The translations under genes and the position numbers were made by a program. Shown piece after piece: positions 14,487 through 26,069 of a stretch of 64,000 bases of DNA. Position 1 is the first letter of the stretch. The number at the start of each line of letters is the position of its first letter. Where the stretch lies: the NCBI GenBank assembly GCA_963693365.1, contig CAVNZM010000003.1, forward strand, positions 10,074,101 to 10,138,100, in the 5' to 3' direction. A model generated the notes under the pieces. The model was not told the origin of the DNA and made no database searches. It saw only the letters and a list, made by a program, of their open reading frames with translations. The DNA is from Amoebidium appalachense (lineage: Eukaryota; Protista; Ichthyosporea).

Positions 14487-16591
14487 GGTTTACACACTTT
14501 TTATTGCGTGGACATTGCCGGAGGCCCAGCCACATTCGACGGCCTACTGCGTTTTCCAGCACAGCCAATCAAATGCAGCCAGTGACATATGTACATGCTA
14601 GGCAACAATGAGCGCCATCGTAGGATCTGACACCCCTATTACATATTATGGGTAAGCAGATGCTAGCATCGGTAGCTCCGACAGAAAGTTAAGGCACCGG
14701 ATCACAATATCATACTGTGCAGCATTAATAAGGTGATCTAGGATAGTCATCTTAAAACGGATATATTGAGGAAGAGATGAAGAAAAGAGAATAAAACCGC
14801 CAATAACCTCCGGTTCTAATACATTAGCTAACAGGTTGCATTTATTGATAGATATGCAGCCGCGAGTAAACCGCCCCCCACACATATTACACATACGAGC
14901 AGGAGACACCAGAAACCGATTACACCGCCAAGCCATAATCATCTTTGCGTTTTTACACCACACCACATTACGAATAAACGAATCTATGTATGAACGAGAC
15001 TCTCTAACCGTATCCGCCATATAGGCTACTAGTAGTTGGTGTTTGTGCGGTCCTAACACCGGAAGGGACTCAACAAGTAGAGTAAAAAGATATCTATCAG
15101 CCATAGACTTGAAACTATTCATATTCACACTATGATCTAGCCGTACCTCCGGGGGGGTCGCCAGCCATTCCACATAGCGCTCGGCAATGGGCAGAGACGA
15201 TGGGGAAGGGAAGAGGTACAGGGGCGAATCCGGCGGGGATGCGTGTAGCCGGAAGAGCGGGTGGTCCGGGGCACAAGCGGACAGGCGGGTGATGTGCTCG
15301 TGAAATTTAAGGGCTAATTCGTGTACGCGTTGTGATGGTGGTGTGAGTGCGTAGAGAGAATCAAAAAGGCGTCTAGGGATAGGTGTGGAAAGACCAGTGA
15401 GAAACATACAACAAGTTGTGTAATGGAAATCATCTAATGATTTGAGGACATTAGTAACAGTATCAGGGGGTGCCATAGCTAGTAAGGGCAACCCGTATTC
15501 CGACAAAGGGCGAATATATGTGCGAAATATACTAAGACGATTGTATAGGTGGACAGTATGAGAAAGAGAAGCAAGATACACATCCCGAAATAACCGAAGA
15601 CACCTGCCTGCACTCTCCACCCGACGGTCGATCATCCGTTTGAAACATATGCCCCATTCGTCCACCGGAATCCCCAAATACTTGTATTCGATTGGGCGAG
15701 GGAGGGGACTGCCGAAAATACAAACGTCGTCCCATGCCGGTATCGATTTTGATAAAAGGGCACACTTTTTGACATTAATCTGCATATCGTTGCGCTGGCA
15801 CCAATGTTCAACCACACGAATGTATTGCCGTAGTTCGAGAGGATCGGATGACATAAGCACAATATCGTCGGCAAAAAAGAGGGCGGGAGGAGCCTGGGAT
15901 GGCAACCCCCCGTCAATTTGTGCCGCAGAAAGAGTGTCGGCTAAATCATCAATATACAGGTTGAAAAGAAGAGGACTTAGCAGGGACCCTTGAAGTACCC
16001 CGCGCGTGCGGGTAAACCCTGGGGATAGCCGCCCATTAACCACCGCTCGTCCGCGTGTAAACGTAAACATAGCTTCCAGTAGCCGACCCATTTGGAATGG
16101 GACACCGCGAGTGGCTAACTTGGCCCACAGGCGAGGGAGGTCGACCGTGTCGTACGCGTTCTTAAAATCGATAAATACGAGGTGCTCGGTATCACTTTGA
16201 GTTGCATTATGTAGAGTGAGGATTTGTGCGTAACATGAGTGTCGATGCCGAAACGCCGCCTGAAGAGGGCTCAGCTGGGAAGCCTGCTTAAGGGTGGGGT
16301 TACGGGAAAAGGCCTGTAAAAGGCCACTTTCGAATAATCGGCGAAAAACGGACGTAAGGGTGATAGGGCGAAATTCGTGGATGGGACCCTGTGCAACCGT
16401 TTTCTTGATGGGAAACACTAAGGTGGCTAGCCACTCCGAGGGCACTTTACCGACATCAGAATACCAGCTAAACAACTCGCTAAGAATACATGTAAGTGGT
16501 GGCGGCGGGCCACGCTTTTCGTCTTTCTCGGGTCGGGGTGGGATGAGTACCTTAAGTAGTGCCATAGGGATGCCGTCCGGCCCGCACGCTA
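14487..16591 (-). mobile_element. Non-LTR retrotransposon family B nested in A1
   Basis: Absent from the uninterrupted copy A2 (empty site TTAGATACCTTAGTG at ~51817-51831). Has its own RT ORF and a ~160-nt 3' UTR ending GCAATAAAAAGTGTGTAAACCCC. No clear TSD. Confidence 0.92.
14646..16589 (-). CDS. Family B reverse transcriptase (frame open from ACGPDGIPM; first Met at 16565, 639 aa)
   Basis: Region-0 motif ACGPDG, then FRPITL, FIDFKNAYDTV, GVLQGSLLSPLLFNLYIDDL, FFADD, YKYLG, and C-terminal CNMCGGRFTRGC. Confidence 0.9.
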   Translation of the reverse strand, partial: ACGPDGIPMALLKVLIPPRPEKDEKRGPPPPLTCILSELFSWYSDVGKVPSEWLATLVFPIKKTVAQGPIHEFRPITLTSVFRRLFESGLLQAFSRNPTLKQASQLSPLQAAFRHRHSCYAQILTLHNATQSDTEHLVFIDFKNAYDTVDLPRLWAKLATRGVPFQMGRLLEAMFTFTRGRAVVNGRLSPGFTRTRGVLQGSLLSPLLFNLYIDDLADTLSAAQIDGGLPSQAPPALFFADDIVLMSSDPLELRQYIRVVEHWCQRNDMQINVKKCALLSKSIPAWDDVCIFGSPLPRPIEYKYLGIPVDEWGICFKRMIDRRVESAGRCLRLFRDVYLASLSHTVHLYNRLSIFRTYIRPLSEYGLPLLAMAPPDTVTNVLKSLDDFHYTTCCMFLTGLSTPIPRRLFDSLYALTPPSQRVHELALKFHEHITRLSACAPDHPLFRLHASPPDSPLYLFPSPSSLPIAERYVEWLATPPEVRLDHSVNMNSFKSMADRYLFTLLVESLPVLGPHKHQLLVAYMADTVRESRSYIDSFIRNVVWCKNAKMIMAWRCNRFLVSPARMCNMCGGRFTRGCISINKCNLLANVLEPEVIGGFILFSSSLPQYIRFKMTILDHLINAAQYDIVIRCLNFLSELPMLASAYP

Positions 16592-16961
16592 GTATCTAAC
16601 CAAGATGACGGGACATGTCCACATTTAACACACCAAGAAAAGAGAGAGCTTAACATGATAGTAAGATCAGGTTTAATAGCACGATCACTTTCCTTTTGTG
16701 GGTAGGAGGGAACAAGGATTTTAAGAAACCCAGCAGGGAGTCCATCAGGTCCACAAGACTTACTAGAGCTATAACTAGATATCACAGACCATATGGCATC
16801 GGGACTGAAAAAGGGGAGGATCGATTCTATGGGGATAGATGGGTCTACAGGCCACACAATAGGTTTCTGAGCGGGGGTCCTATCTTTAAACAGTTCCGAG
16901 AAATACTTATCAGAGTCTATGAGGGGGTCTCCAGTGGTATAGGGGGTCTCCAGTGGTATAT
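16592..16961 (-). pseudogene. A1 RT ORF, 5' portion
   Basis: Encodes ...PDAIWSVISSYSSSKSCGPDGLP...SSWLDT, matching the start of A2. A 19-bp tandem duplication lies at the 5' junction. Confidence 0.9.
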
Positions 16962-17185
16962 ATAACCCGAAACCCAAAATACATCGGGGCTTGAAAAAAT
17001 ACCTTCAAAATTTTCTGAATTTTCGGGCTTGCGCCTCAGTAGGTGGTAGAGCTTGAACAGTCAGCGACGAACGATGCGATTGGCCAATTTGCCCGCCAAA
17101 ACCAGCCTGTTACTATTTTCGGAACAGGCCTCTCATTTTTGCGTGATGCTAATGCGCCCCCCCGCCCTCGTCTTCCATATCCCCC

Positions 17186-17221
<36 letters not shown>

Positions 17222-17379
17222 CCCCCCCCCCCCCCCCCTCATCCACCCACCCACCCTCCGTCCTCTCCCTCCCCTCTCCCTCCCTACTCCTCCGCTCCCT
17301 CCTCCACACCCCCGTTCGCTATTTTCCGCCCCTTCCACATAAAAACACAACACACACACGAATCTTTTGCCTCTATAAT

Positions 17380-18057
17380 CGTTTTATCCGCACATCTCTT
17401 TTGCCGTTGTAAGTGTCACCGAGAAGCTAGAATCACCTAGAAATTTGTTGTTTTTATGTTTTACCACATCCGAACACGTTGTTTTGTTTTCTGCTGATCG
17501 ATGGAGGCGGATGTAGGCGCGCTGATGGCGGTCGTGGTATAGCAATTGGTAAGCAGGAACGGGGGGGAAGGGGGTGGGGAGGGGGGAAGGGGAGGGGGTG
17601 GGAGGGGAGAATGCGTAAGATTGAAGAGCAGCTTGCAGGTACCTAGCGTTGTGCTGGTGGGAAAAGAGTCGGGATCGAGTGGGGGTGGGGGGGTGGGAGG
17701 GGGGAGGGGGGGGGGGGGTAGACGGGGCGAAGGGGAGGGGGGAGGGGGGGAGGGGGGAGGGGGGCGGGGGAGTTCCAGACGAGATGAAGTACCACTCTGA
17801 GGAGAAGTTGGCAAGGAAGAATATGCAACATGTGGAAATCTTTTTATCGTGCGCACATGGCTTTTCCATCCCTTGCTTCAAACGTACAAGGCAACTTTTC
17901 TTCGCAGTCAATGGATCTGTGACTGACAAGTTGTTCTTTTTTGCAGATACCTTCTGCTTCCTTGACCGTCTGTCGTCTAGGAGGATGTTGACCAGGATGT
18001 TGGTTCGAGTGGCTGTCTCGGGCTCTAAACATCTTATCACGGTAGGAGAGGTATTCA
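17380..18057 (-). pseudogene. Block X copy 1: degenerate exon-like sequence of an unknown gene
   Basis: Peptide PETATRTNILVNILLDDRRSRKQKVSAKKNN followed by a Cys-rich stretch, conserved in three copies. Frames differ between copies and the strand assignment is tentative. Confidence 0.35.
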
Positions 18058-18573
18058 ACCCCCCCCCCCCTCCCCCCCCCCCCCCCCCTCCCCTTCCCCT
18101 CGCCCCTCCCCGCCCCCCTCCCCGCCCCCCTCCCCCCCCCCCCCTCCCCCCCCCCCCCCCCCAAAAAAAAAAAAGAAGAAGAAGAAGAAGAAAGACGAAG
18201 AAGAAGAGATAGTGACAGAGATGTATATATATATATATATATAGAGAGAGAGGAATAGGGAGAAAGAGAAAGGCAGGGGGGGAGAGAGAGAGTGTGTGTG
18301 TGTGTGTTTGTGTGTGTGTGTCTGTGTGTGTGTGGAGAGAGAGAGGGAGTGGTGGAGACAGACGCACACACACACACACACACAGACAGAGAGAGAGAGT
18401 GTGTGTGTGTGGGTGTGTGTGAGAGTGAGTGAGAGAGAGGGAGCGAGAGAGACAAAGAGTCCCCCCCCCCCCCCCCTCACACACACACACCCCTTAAAAA
18501 GGGAGAGGGGCAGAGAGTTGAAGCAGGGGAGAGAGAGAGAGGGAGGGAGAGGGAGGGAAAGGGATAGATAGAT

Positions 18574-18613
<40 letters not shown>

Positions 18614-19061
18614 AGGGAGAGAGGGAGAGAGGGAGAGGGAGATGGGGAGGGAGAGGGAGAGGGAGACGGATAGGGAGAGGGGGGAGGGGGGAGGGGGGAG
18701 GGGGAGGGGGGGAGAGAGAGGGAGGGAGAGAGAGGGAGGGAGAGAGAGAGAGAGAGGGAGAGAGAGGGAGAGGGAGAGAGGGAGAGGGGGAGGGGGAGAG
18801 GGGGAGAGTGCGCGAGTATACATTTTGGGGTTCTACTGTTGTTGAAAAAAGGGGCTGAGGATGTACCGTTGCTTGTGTGCCCCGTCTCTCTGTGGAAGCC
18901 TCTTTACCCCATGCCCCCCCTCCCCTCCCCCCCCCCTCCCCCCCCCCCCCCCCCCATTCTCTCCCTCCTATCTGTCTCTCCCTGTCCCTCTGTCTCTTTC
19001 TCTGTATCTGGTGCAGTCTTTATCTTAGGGTGGTGGTGGTGGACTGGAAGCGGCACGGGTG

Positions 19062-19115
<54 letters not shown>

Positions 19116-19948
19116 GGGTTTCCCGGATGGGAGGGGGGGCAGTTAGGGAGGAGAGGCAGGGGCTGGGGGGGGAGACGTAAGTAATATTTGATTCAAGTAG
19201 TTCATGGGGCCAAAGGAAGGAATATATGTATGTGTACTACACGAATACGTACATGGTCACCAGTGCACACATGTAAGGGCTTGTTTTCTCTCCCTGCCTC
19301 TCCTCTCCCGCCTACACACACACGCACACACGCACGCACGCACACACGCACGCACGCACGCACACGCGCGCGCATACACACCCATACACACACACGTGCG
19401 CACATGTTTTTTTCCTTCTGGTCAGCTCGATTGAGGGTACATCGATGAATGCACAGTGAACAATGGGGAGCACATTCGTATGTTTCGTGCCTGTGTGTAT
19501 ACAAACAGGGGTATGTCACACCAAGTAGAAGAGCAGACACATAACACAAGAGGGTATTTTGGGCTTTAGACAGGATTGACAAATGGCACGCACATCGTTT
19601 TTCCACGTACGTGCGGGGGGAATTGGGGGGGAGGGGGGGGGGGGGGGGGGGGGGGATTTAAGTCTCACTCCTGGTCGGCACAGGGCCCCATCATGCTGTG
19701 TTCGGCAATTAGAACGGTCAGACTGTTCTGGGCCGGTTGTCTCCCTTTGGAATGGTGGCAATGGTATGTCTGTTTGTGCTTTACCCTCCTTTTCTCGCCC
19801 TCCCTCCCCCCCCCCCCCCCCTCCCCCCTCCCGGCCCCTCCCCCTCTACACACGTACACAGATATACGTACACACGCACGCACACACACGCGCACGCAAG
19901 CGCGCATGCACGCACACACACACACACACACACACAGGCGCGCGCGCG

Positions 19949-19980
<32 letters not shown>

Positions 19981-20510
19981 CACAGGCGTGCACCACACAC
20001 AAACACAGACAAAACACACAAACACACATATACATTAGAGCTAGTATGCAAATGCATAAATACACGTGCTAAGTAAAATATTGAATATAAATAATAAGTA
20101 AAATAGAAAAGGAGGGCAACAAGGGGGGGGGGGGGGAGGGGGGAAAGGGGGGAACACCATGACATTAACTATGGTACGCGTGGCACCTTCCTTACTTAAT
20201 GACACAGACTTACTGACACAGACTGGGTGACATGCCACAACATAGCCACCCAACCGTGGATGTTTGTGTAGGCGGGTTTCATAGTTGTATGGGTTGGGGC
20301 TACTGTATGGGTGTGCCGGTACGGGTTTAAATGTGAAGGGTATGAGGACTGGAGGGAGGGATGGATGGAGGAAGGGAAGGGGCGGGGGGGGGGGGGGGGG
20401 GGGGGGGGAGTAATCATGAAAAAGCTCAGCTTCAGGTGCACTTGCGATTATTTTTAAACGTAACAGTAAACGTCTGCACTCTTTTTTCCCCACCACTAAT
20501 TTAAGACCCT

Positions 20511-21547
20511 ATGCAGGGAAGGGCACGCGGCTGGCAGACACTCTTTGGGCCCGTTTGCACATTTGCAACCCGAATTGTGAAAGACACGGGCCAACGCTAC
20601 CGGGCCAGCGCTACCGGGGAGTAATGTGGAATGATAGGACGGGAAAATGGCTTGCGAAGATAGAGGCAACATGCACGTCGGTTACTATGTAACAGTCGCA
20701 CGGCTGCACACCACCGGGATGTAGCAATCGATTTGTTGGTGCAGAAAGGGGTGTTGGCTCGTCGATACCTTAATTTCAAAAATGTTAGTCTCGGAAATTT
20801 GCGCAAATTCAAGCCGACAGCCGATGATTTAGCCTGGGTGGAGGAGTGGTGGGCAAAGAAAACAACAAAGACGCAATCATCGCTCTACAAGGGCGTGCAC
20901 TACCATGTCGGTTCCTTTCGAAAACCGTGGCTGGCAAAGTATAAGATGGATGGTTACATCGGGTCCTAAACGACAGAAGTGGAAACGGCTCTTGCAAGGG
21001 ACAATGTGATACGTGCTCTGGACATTCCAAAGCGAGAGAAACTGTTGCGCTTAAACTTTTTCCTTTGTAGCGATTATTTGAGTAGAGTGGAAGCAGAGCA
21101 GGACGGGTGCATAGGGGTGTCCTATCAAACATACACATATCATTTATCCAAACCCTATCTAGTTCACCGACGGGATAGAAGCGTTTAGGCAACTCGCAGC
21201 AGAAATACCTCGGCCATTTTGCGTCAGTCACCGAGGCAGCCTGGGCATACGATATAGACGTGCTGGCAGCATGGGCACAGCAAAACGAACCACGCGGCCC
21301 CCTGCCCCCAACCAACTTCTGCCCGAACGAGTACGGATACGCACTCCCTGTGCCGCCACCAATCCACAACCCCACACCAGAAGACAAACCCATGGCCCCT
21401 GTTGATGCTTCAGACACCGCCGCCAAAGCACATTTCCAACCGCATTCTTCCCATGCGACCCCTGACAATGGCGATACCAAAATTGAAAGCAACCGACAGG
21501 TCGAGTCGATCCACAGAGGAACAGCAAGGACACCCATTGGCTGTTGA
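20511..21547 (+). pseudogene. Triple-AP2-domain gene, disrupted copy
   Basis: Collinear with 28546-29514 but has a 14-bp internal duplication near 20590-20618, further indels, TAA at 20967-20969 (TAC in the paralog) and TAG at 21186-21188. Confidence 0.85.
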
Positions 21548-21922
21548 TGACGTCACTGGCTCGAATAATGACGGGGTGGCGGGACACAAGGTCGGGCTCG
21601 GGTGTAAAGGCAGGGGGTGGGCATAAAAGTAGTTTGAGTGCGGTAGGTGGTCAGATCGAAGGTAGAAGGAGACTTAAGGTACACATGATAGGTGCCAACT
21701 GTAGATACGGAAAAAGGAGGTGGCAGGTGCATACTGTATGATACCATTTTGAGCGGCGATTGTCAGGTCACGGTACGTACATATGTGTACATACAGTATG
21801 CGATGTGACATTGATCAGGGGTCTTACTAGTGTGTATAATTGCCTGCACACCTGTAGGTGTGCCGAGGAGAGAGCCTTGTGTTTTTCTTTCTTTAATTTA
21901 TTCCTTTGTTTCTTTCTTTCTA

Positions 21923-21972
<50 letters not shown>

Positions 21973-21999
21973 GCGCGCACGCGCGCGCGCGTGTGTGCA

Positions 22000-22085
<86 letters not shown>

Positions 22086-22332
22086 TGGTGTGGGGGGAGG
22101 GGGGGGGGGGGGGGATTTTTGTTTTTGTTCATATTTTTTTTGCTGATGTATGATTGTGCGGTGGTAAGCCGAATATTGTTATTGTGGTCACGGCAGGTCA
22201 CCTTAAACAAAGGTGCTCTGTTAGCCACAGGCAGGTATTGATAACCTGATAGCTTTATATTTGATCAATACATGCATTTATATGCATACAGTGTGACCTA
22301 GCTTTTGTACTTGACCAAATGCATTCATTAAT

Positions 22333-22418
22333 GGGGGGTTTACGCTTTTTACTCAAGGCAAAGAGAGACCATGGCCAGTCTCAGGTATGGAGTTTTTGCT
22401 AGATATATCCCTTCAGCG
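22333..22418 (-). mobile_element. 86-bp 3'-terminal copy of family A (A3); 7-bp TSD CATTAAT
   Basis: Diverged match to 12328-12413 ending (sense) GAGTAAAAAGCGTAAACCCCCC. CATTAAT at 22326-22332 and 22419-22425. Confidence 0.85.
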
Positions 22419-22612
22419 CATTAATATGCATACCGGACAAGCGCGTGTACTGGTAACTCACTTTTATTAAAGATCTGCAGCTTATTTCTGTCTGTCAGTA
22501 ATTGCAACTACCTGTGACAAATGATGTGCAGTAATCGACGTCACTTTTACTAAAGTCTGGCTATGTATGGCAAATTGGCAACCTGTTGTATTCATTGTAC
22601 TTGGGTCCGGAG

Positions 22613-22653
<41 letters not shown>

Positions 22654-22666
22654 CACACACACACAC

Positions 22667-22702
<36 letters not shown>

Positions 22703-23048
22703 CACATTCCCTGGCATGTACACACACCATGTGAAGCCATGCACTTGAGCCATGTGGACACTATTGATCCAAAAAGTGATATGATGATGTGTGGTATGTA
22801 CACTCTCTCTCAGCAACATATCTCTTTTGCCCCCCTCCCCCCCCCCCCCTCCCCCCTCCCCCCCTCCCTCCCCCCCTTTATCTCTCCCTCCCTGTGCTTC
22901 TCCCTCCCTCTCGCACTCCAACTCCCGAGACTCTTTCCCCGCCCGTTTTCTTTCCCTCCCTCGCTCTCTCTCCTCTCTCGCTCTCTTGCTGTTTCCCTCG
23001 TTCTCTATTATAGAACTCTCTCTCTCTCTCTCCCGTTTTTCTCTAGAG

Positions 23049-23085
23049 TACCTAGTGTTGTGCCGGTAGGGAAAGAGTCGGGATC

Positions 23086-23135
<50 letters not shown>

Positions 23136-23392
23136 CCAGACGAAGGAAGCATCACCCTGAGGAGAAGGTGGCGAGGTAAAATATACAACACCGTGGAAAC
23201 CTTTTCATCGTGCACATATGGCTTTGTGCATCCCTTGCTTTCAGTCATGAAAGGAAACTTTTCACAGCCTCTTCGGTTTGTGACTGATATATTGTTCTTT
23301 TTTGCAGATACTTTCTGCTTTCTTGACCGTCTGCGCTTTAGGAAAATGTTAACCAGGAGGTTAGTTCGAGTGGCAGTGTCGGGGACTAAACA
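23049..23392 (-). pseudogene. Block X copy 2 (partial)
   Basis: VPDTATRTNLLVNIFLKRRRSRKQKVSAKKNN, homologous to the other two copies. Confidence 0.35.
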
Positions 23393-23508
23393 TATCCATC
23401 CCCCCCCCCCCCCCCCCCCCCCCGCCTCCTCCTCCAAAAAAATGGAAAAAGAAGGAGAAGAAGAAGAAGAAACAGAAGAAGAAGAAGAAAAAGTTAGAGA
23501 GAGCAAGA

Positions 23509-23733
<225 letters not shown>

Positions 23734-23954
23734 AGCCTCCCTCCGCCCCCCCTCCCCCCCCTTTTCCTGCTGATCCTCCTCCTCGAGCTCCTCCTCATTC
23801 CCAGGGAACCGGACCACCTATGTAGTTTTTGAAATCTTTCAAAGTTATTATGTATGTGTACAGTACGTGCGTGTGTGTGCACTCGAGTGTTTGTGTATAT
23901 GTGCAAGTGTGTGTACACGCCGACAGATATGGTAACCCTCGAGTATTAGGCATG

Positions 23955-23985
<31 letters not shown>

Positions 23986-24332
23986 CCCCCCCCCCCCCCC
24001 CCCCCTCTCTTCCCCTTTCTCCCTCCCTCTCTCTCTCTCTCCCCCCCCCACCTCCCCCCCTCCTTCCCCCCCCCCCCCCCCCCCACCTCTGCCTGCCTCT
24101 ACCTTTCTTTCTCTTCGAATTCTGTGTATCACATAATATTTGTGTATGCATCATTCTCGTTGCCTACTTGCTGAAACCCGTGTTTTTCTACAGCTGGCCT
24201 TTAAACTGAAACTATCATATGCAAGCCAAACAAACCGATCACGCGTTTGGAATATGCTCCTATGTTTCCGTTCTGTACTGTACCCGGACGGCGCAAAGCA
24301 AACGGGTAGAGTCTGCAGTCGATCGAACCAGC

Positions 24333-24393
24333 GAACTGGCGAATGTGGCTGGGCCTCTGGCAGTGTCCACGCAATAAAAAGTGTGTAAACCCC
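24333..24393 (+). mobile_element. 61-bp 3'-terminal copy of family B; 11-bp TSD ATCGAACCAGC
   Basis: 24340-24393 matches the reverse complement of 14485-14538 with 2 mismatches. TSD at 24322-24332 and 24394-24404; single-copy empty site at 31165-31175. Confidence 0.93.
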
Positions 24394-24829
24394 ATCGAAC
24401 CAGCCCTTTCGAAGTTTGCCGCCGTGCACACATGAGGAGGGCTCACGAGTCACATTTTTCTTTCTACCAATAGGAATGACGCTAGATAAGCCATCACCAC
24501 CGAACCCCAAACATTGCCAAGGCAGTCCGGAAAACCAGCGCATTATTTGTGGTGAGCTAGCAGAGTACTGTACAAGTGACCACATGTGTGAGCTTCGACA
24601 TACTGAACCGTAAGGGCCTGCTGCCCCCCTCCCCCCCCCCCCCCCCCCCCCTCCCTCCCCCCTCCCCCTTCCCCCCCCCTCGTCCTCCCCCTCTCCCCCC
24701 CCCCTTGCACACCCTCCGTCCTCTCTCTCCCCTACCCCTCCGCTCCTTTCTCCAACTCCCGCTTTTTCCCGCTCCTTCCACCCACAAACACAATACATGC
24801 ATGATTTCTTTGTTTCTGCCATCATATTG

Positions 24830-25505
24830 CCCGCACATCTCTTTGTTCCATTTCAATTCTCACCGAAAAGCTAGAATCATCCAGTTCTATTTTAGTTAGC
24901 CCTGGGAACTTGTTGTTCGTGAGTTGCATCTTGTCCGAACACGCTATTTTGCTTTTTGCTGGTGGAGGCAGAACCAAGCCCGTTGATGGCAGTCGCGGGT
25001 AGATTTGGTAGGCAGGGACTGGGGGAGGGGGGGGAGGGGAGGAGGAGGGGGTGGGTGGGGGGGGGGGGGGGGGGGGGGTTGCATGATGTTGAAGAGCCTT
25101 GTAGGTACCTAGTGTTGTGCTGGTAGGGAAAGAGTCGGGATCGAGAGGGAAGGGGAGGGGGTGGGGAGGGGGGAGGAGGGGGGGGGGGGGAGGGGGGAGG
25201 GGAGGGGGGGAAGGGGCTTCCCAGACGAAATAAGTATCACCCTGAGGAGAAGGTTACGAGGATTAATATGCAACACCGTGGAAAGTATTTCAACATGCAG
25301 CACATATGGCTTGGTGTCTCACTTGCTTTCAGACATAAAAGACAACTTTTGGCAGGCCCTTGGTCTGTGACTAATATGCTGTTCTTTTTTGCAGATACTC
25401 TTTGTTTGCTTGTTTGTCTGTCGTCTGGGAGGATGTTGACCAGGAGGTTGGTTCGAGTGGCTGTCTCGGGAACTAAACCAGCAACCTCGGTGGGAGAGGT
25501 ATCCA
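24830..25505 (-). pseudogene. Block X copy 3
   Basis: VPETATRTNLLVNILPDDRQTSKQRVSAKKN...KSCLLCLK. Confidence 0.35.
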
Positions 25506-25545
<40 letters not shown>

Positions 25546-25683
25546 ACCCTCCCCCCCCCCCCCCCCCGTCCCCACCTCCCCCCCCCCCTCGGCCCACCTC
25601 CCTCCCCCCCCCCCCAAAAAAAAGGAGAAGAAGAAGAAGAATAAGAAGAAGATAGAGAGAGAGAGCAATAGAGAGAGAGATAG

Positions 25684-25759
<76 letters not shown>

Positions 25760-26036
25760 TTCCCCCCCTCCCCCCCCCCCCCCACCACACACCCCCTAAA
25801 AAAAAGAAAGGGAGGGGGGGAGGGGGGGGGGGGGGACACAGAGAGAGAGAGAGGTAGAGCCTCCCTCCCTCCCCCTTTTCCGCCTCCCCCCCACACCCCA
25901 CGCCCCTAAAAAAGGAAGTGGGAGTGAGGGAGAGAGAGAGAGAGAGGGGGGGGGGGGGGGAGGGAGAGAGGGTGTGTGTGTGTGTGTGTGTGTGTGAGGG
26001 GGGGGGGGGGGGGGAAAGAGAGAGGGAGAGGGGAGG

Positions 26037-26069
<33 letters not shown>

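Larger units (their letters stand above)
12328..16961 (-). mobile_element. Non-LTR retrotransposon family A, copy A1 (5' end probably truncated; interrupted by element B); 10-bp TSD ATAACCCGAA
   Basis: TSD at 12318-12327 and 16962-16971. The 3' end (sense) is ...GAGTAAACAGCGTAAACCCCCCC. Near-identical to the reverse complement of 51613-54030. Confidence 0.93.

Noticed and set aside
14487-14568. N-terminus MAVLENAV...KKCVNP of the 635-aa ORF
   Set aside because: It is element B's 3' UTR read in frame into A1; A2 shows the true upstream sequence.
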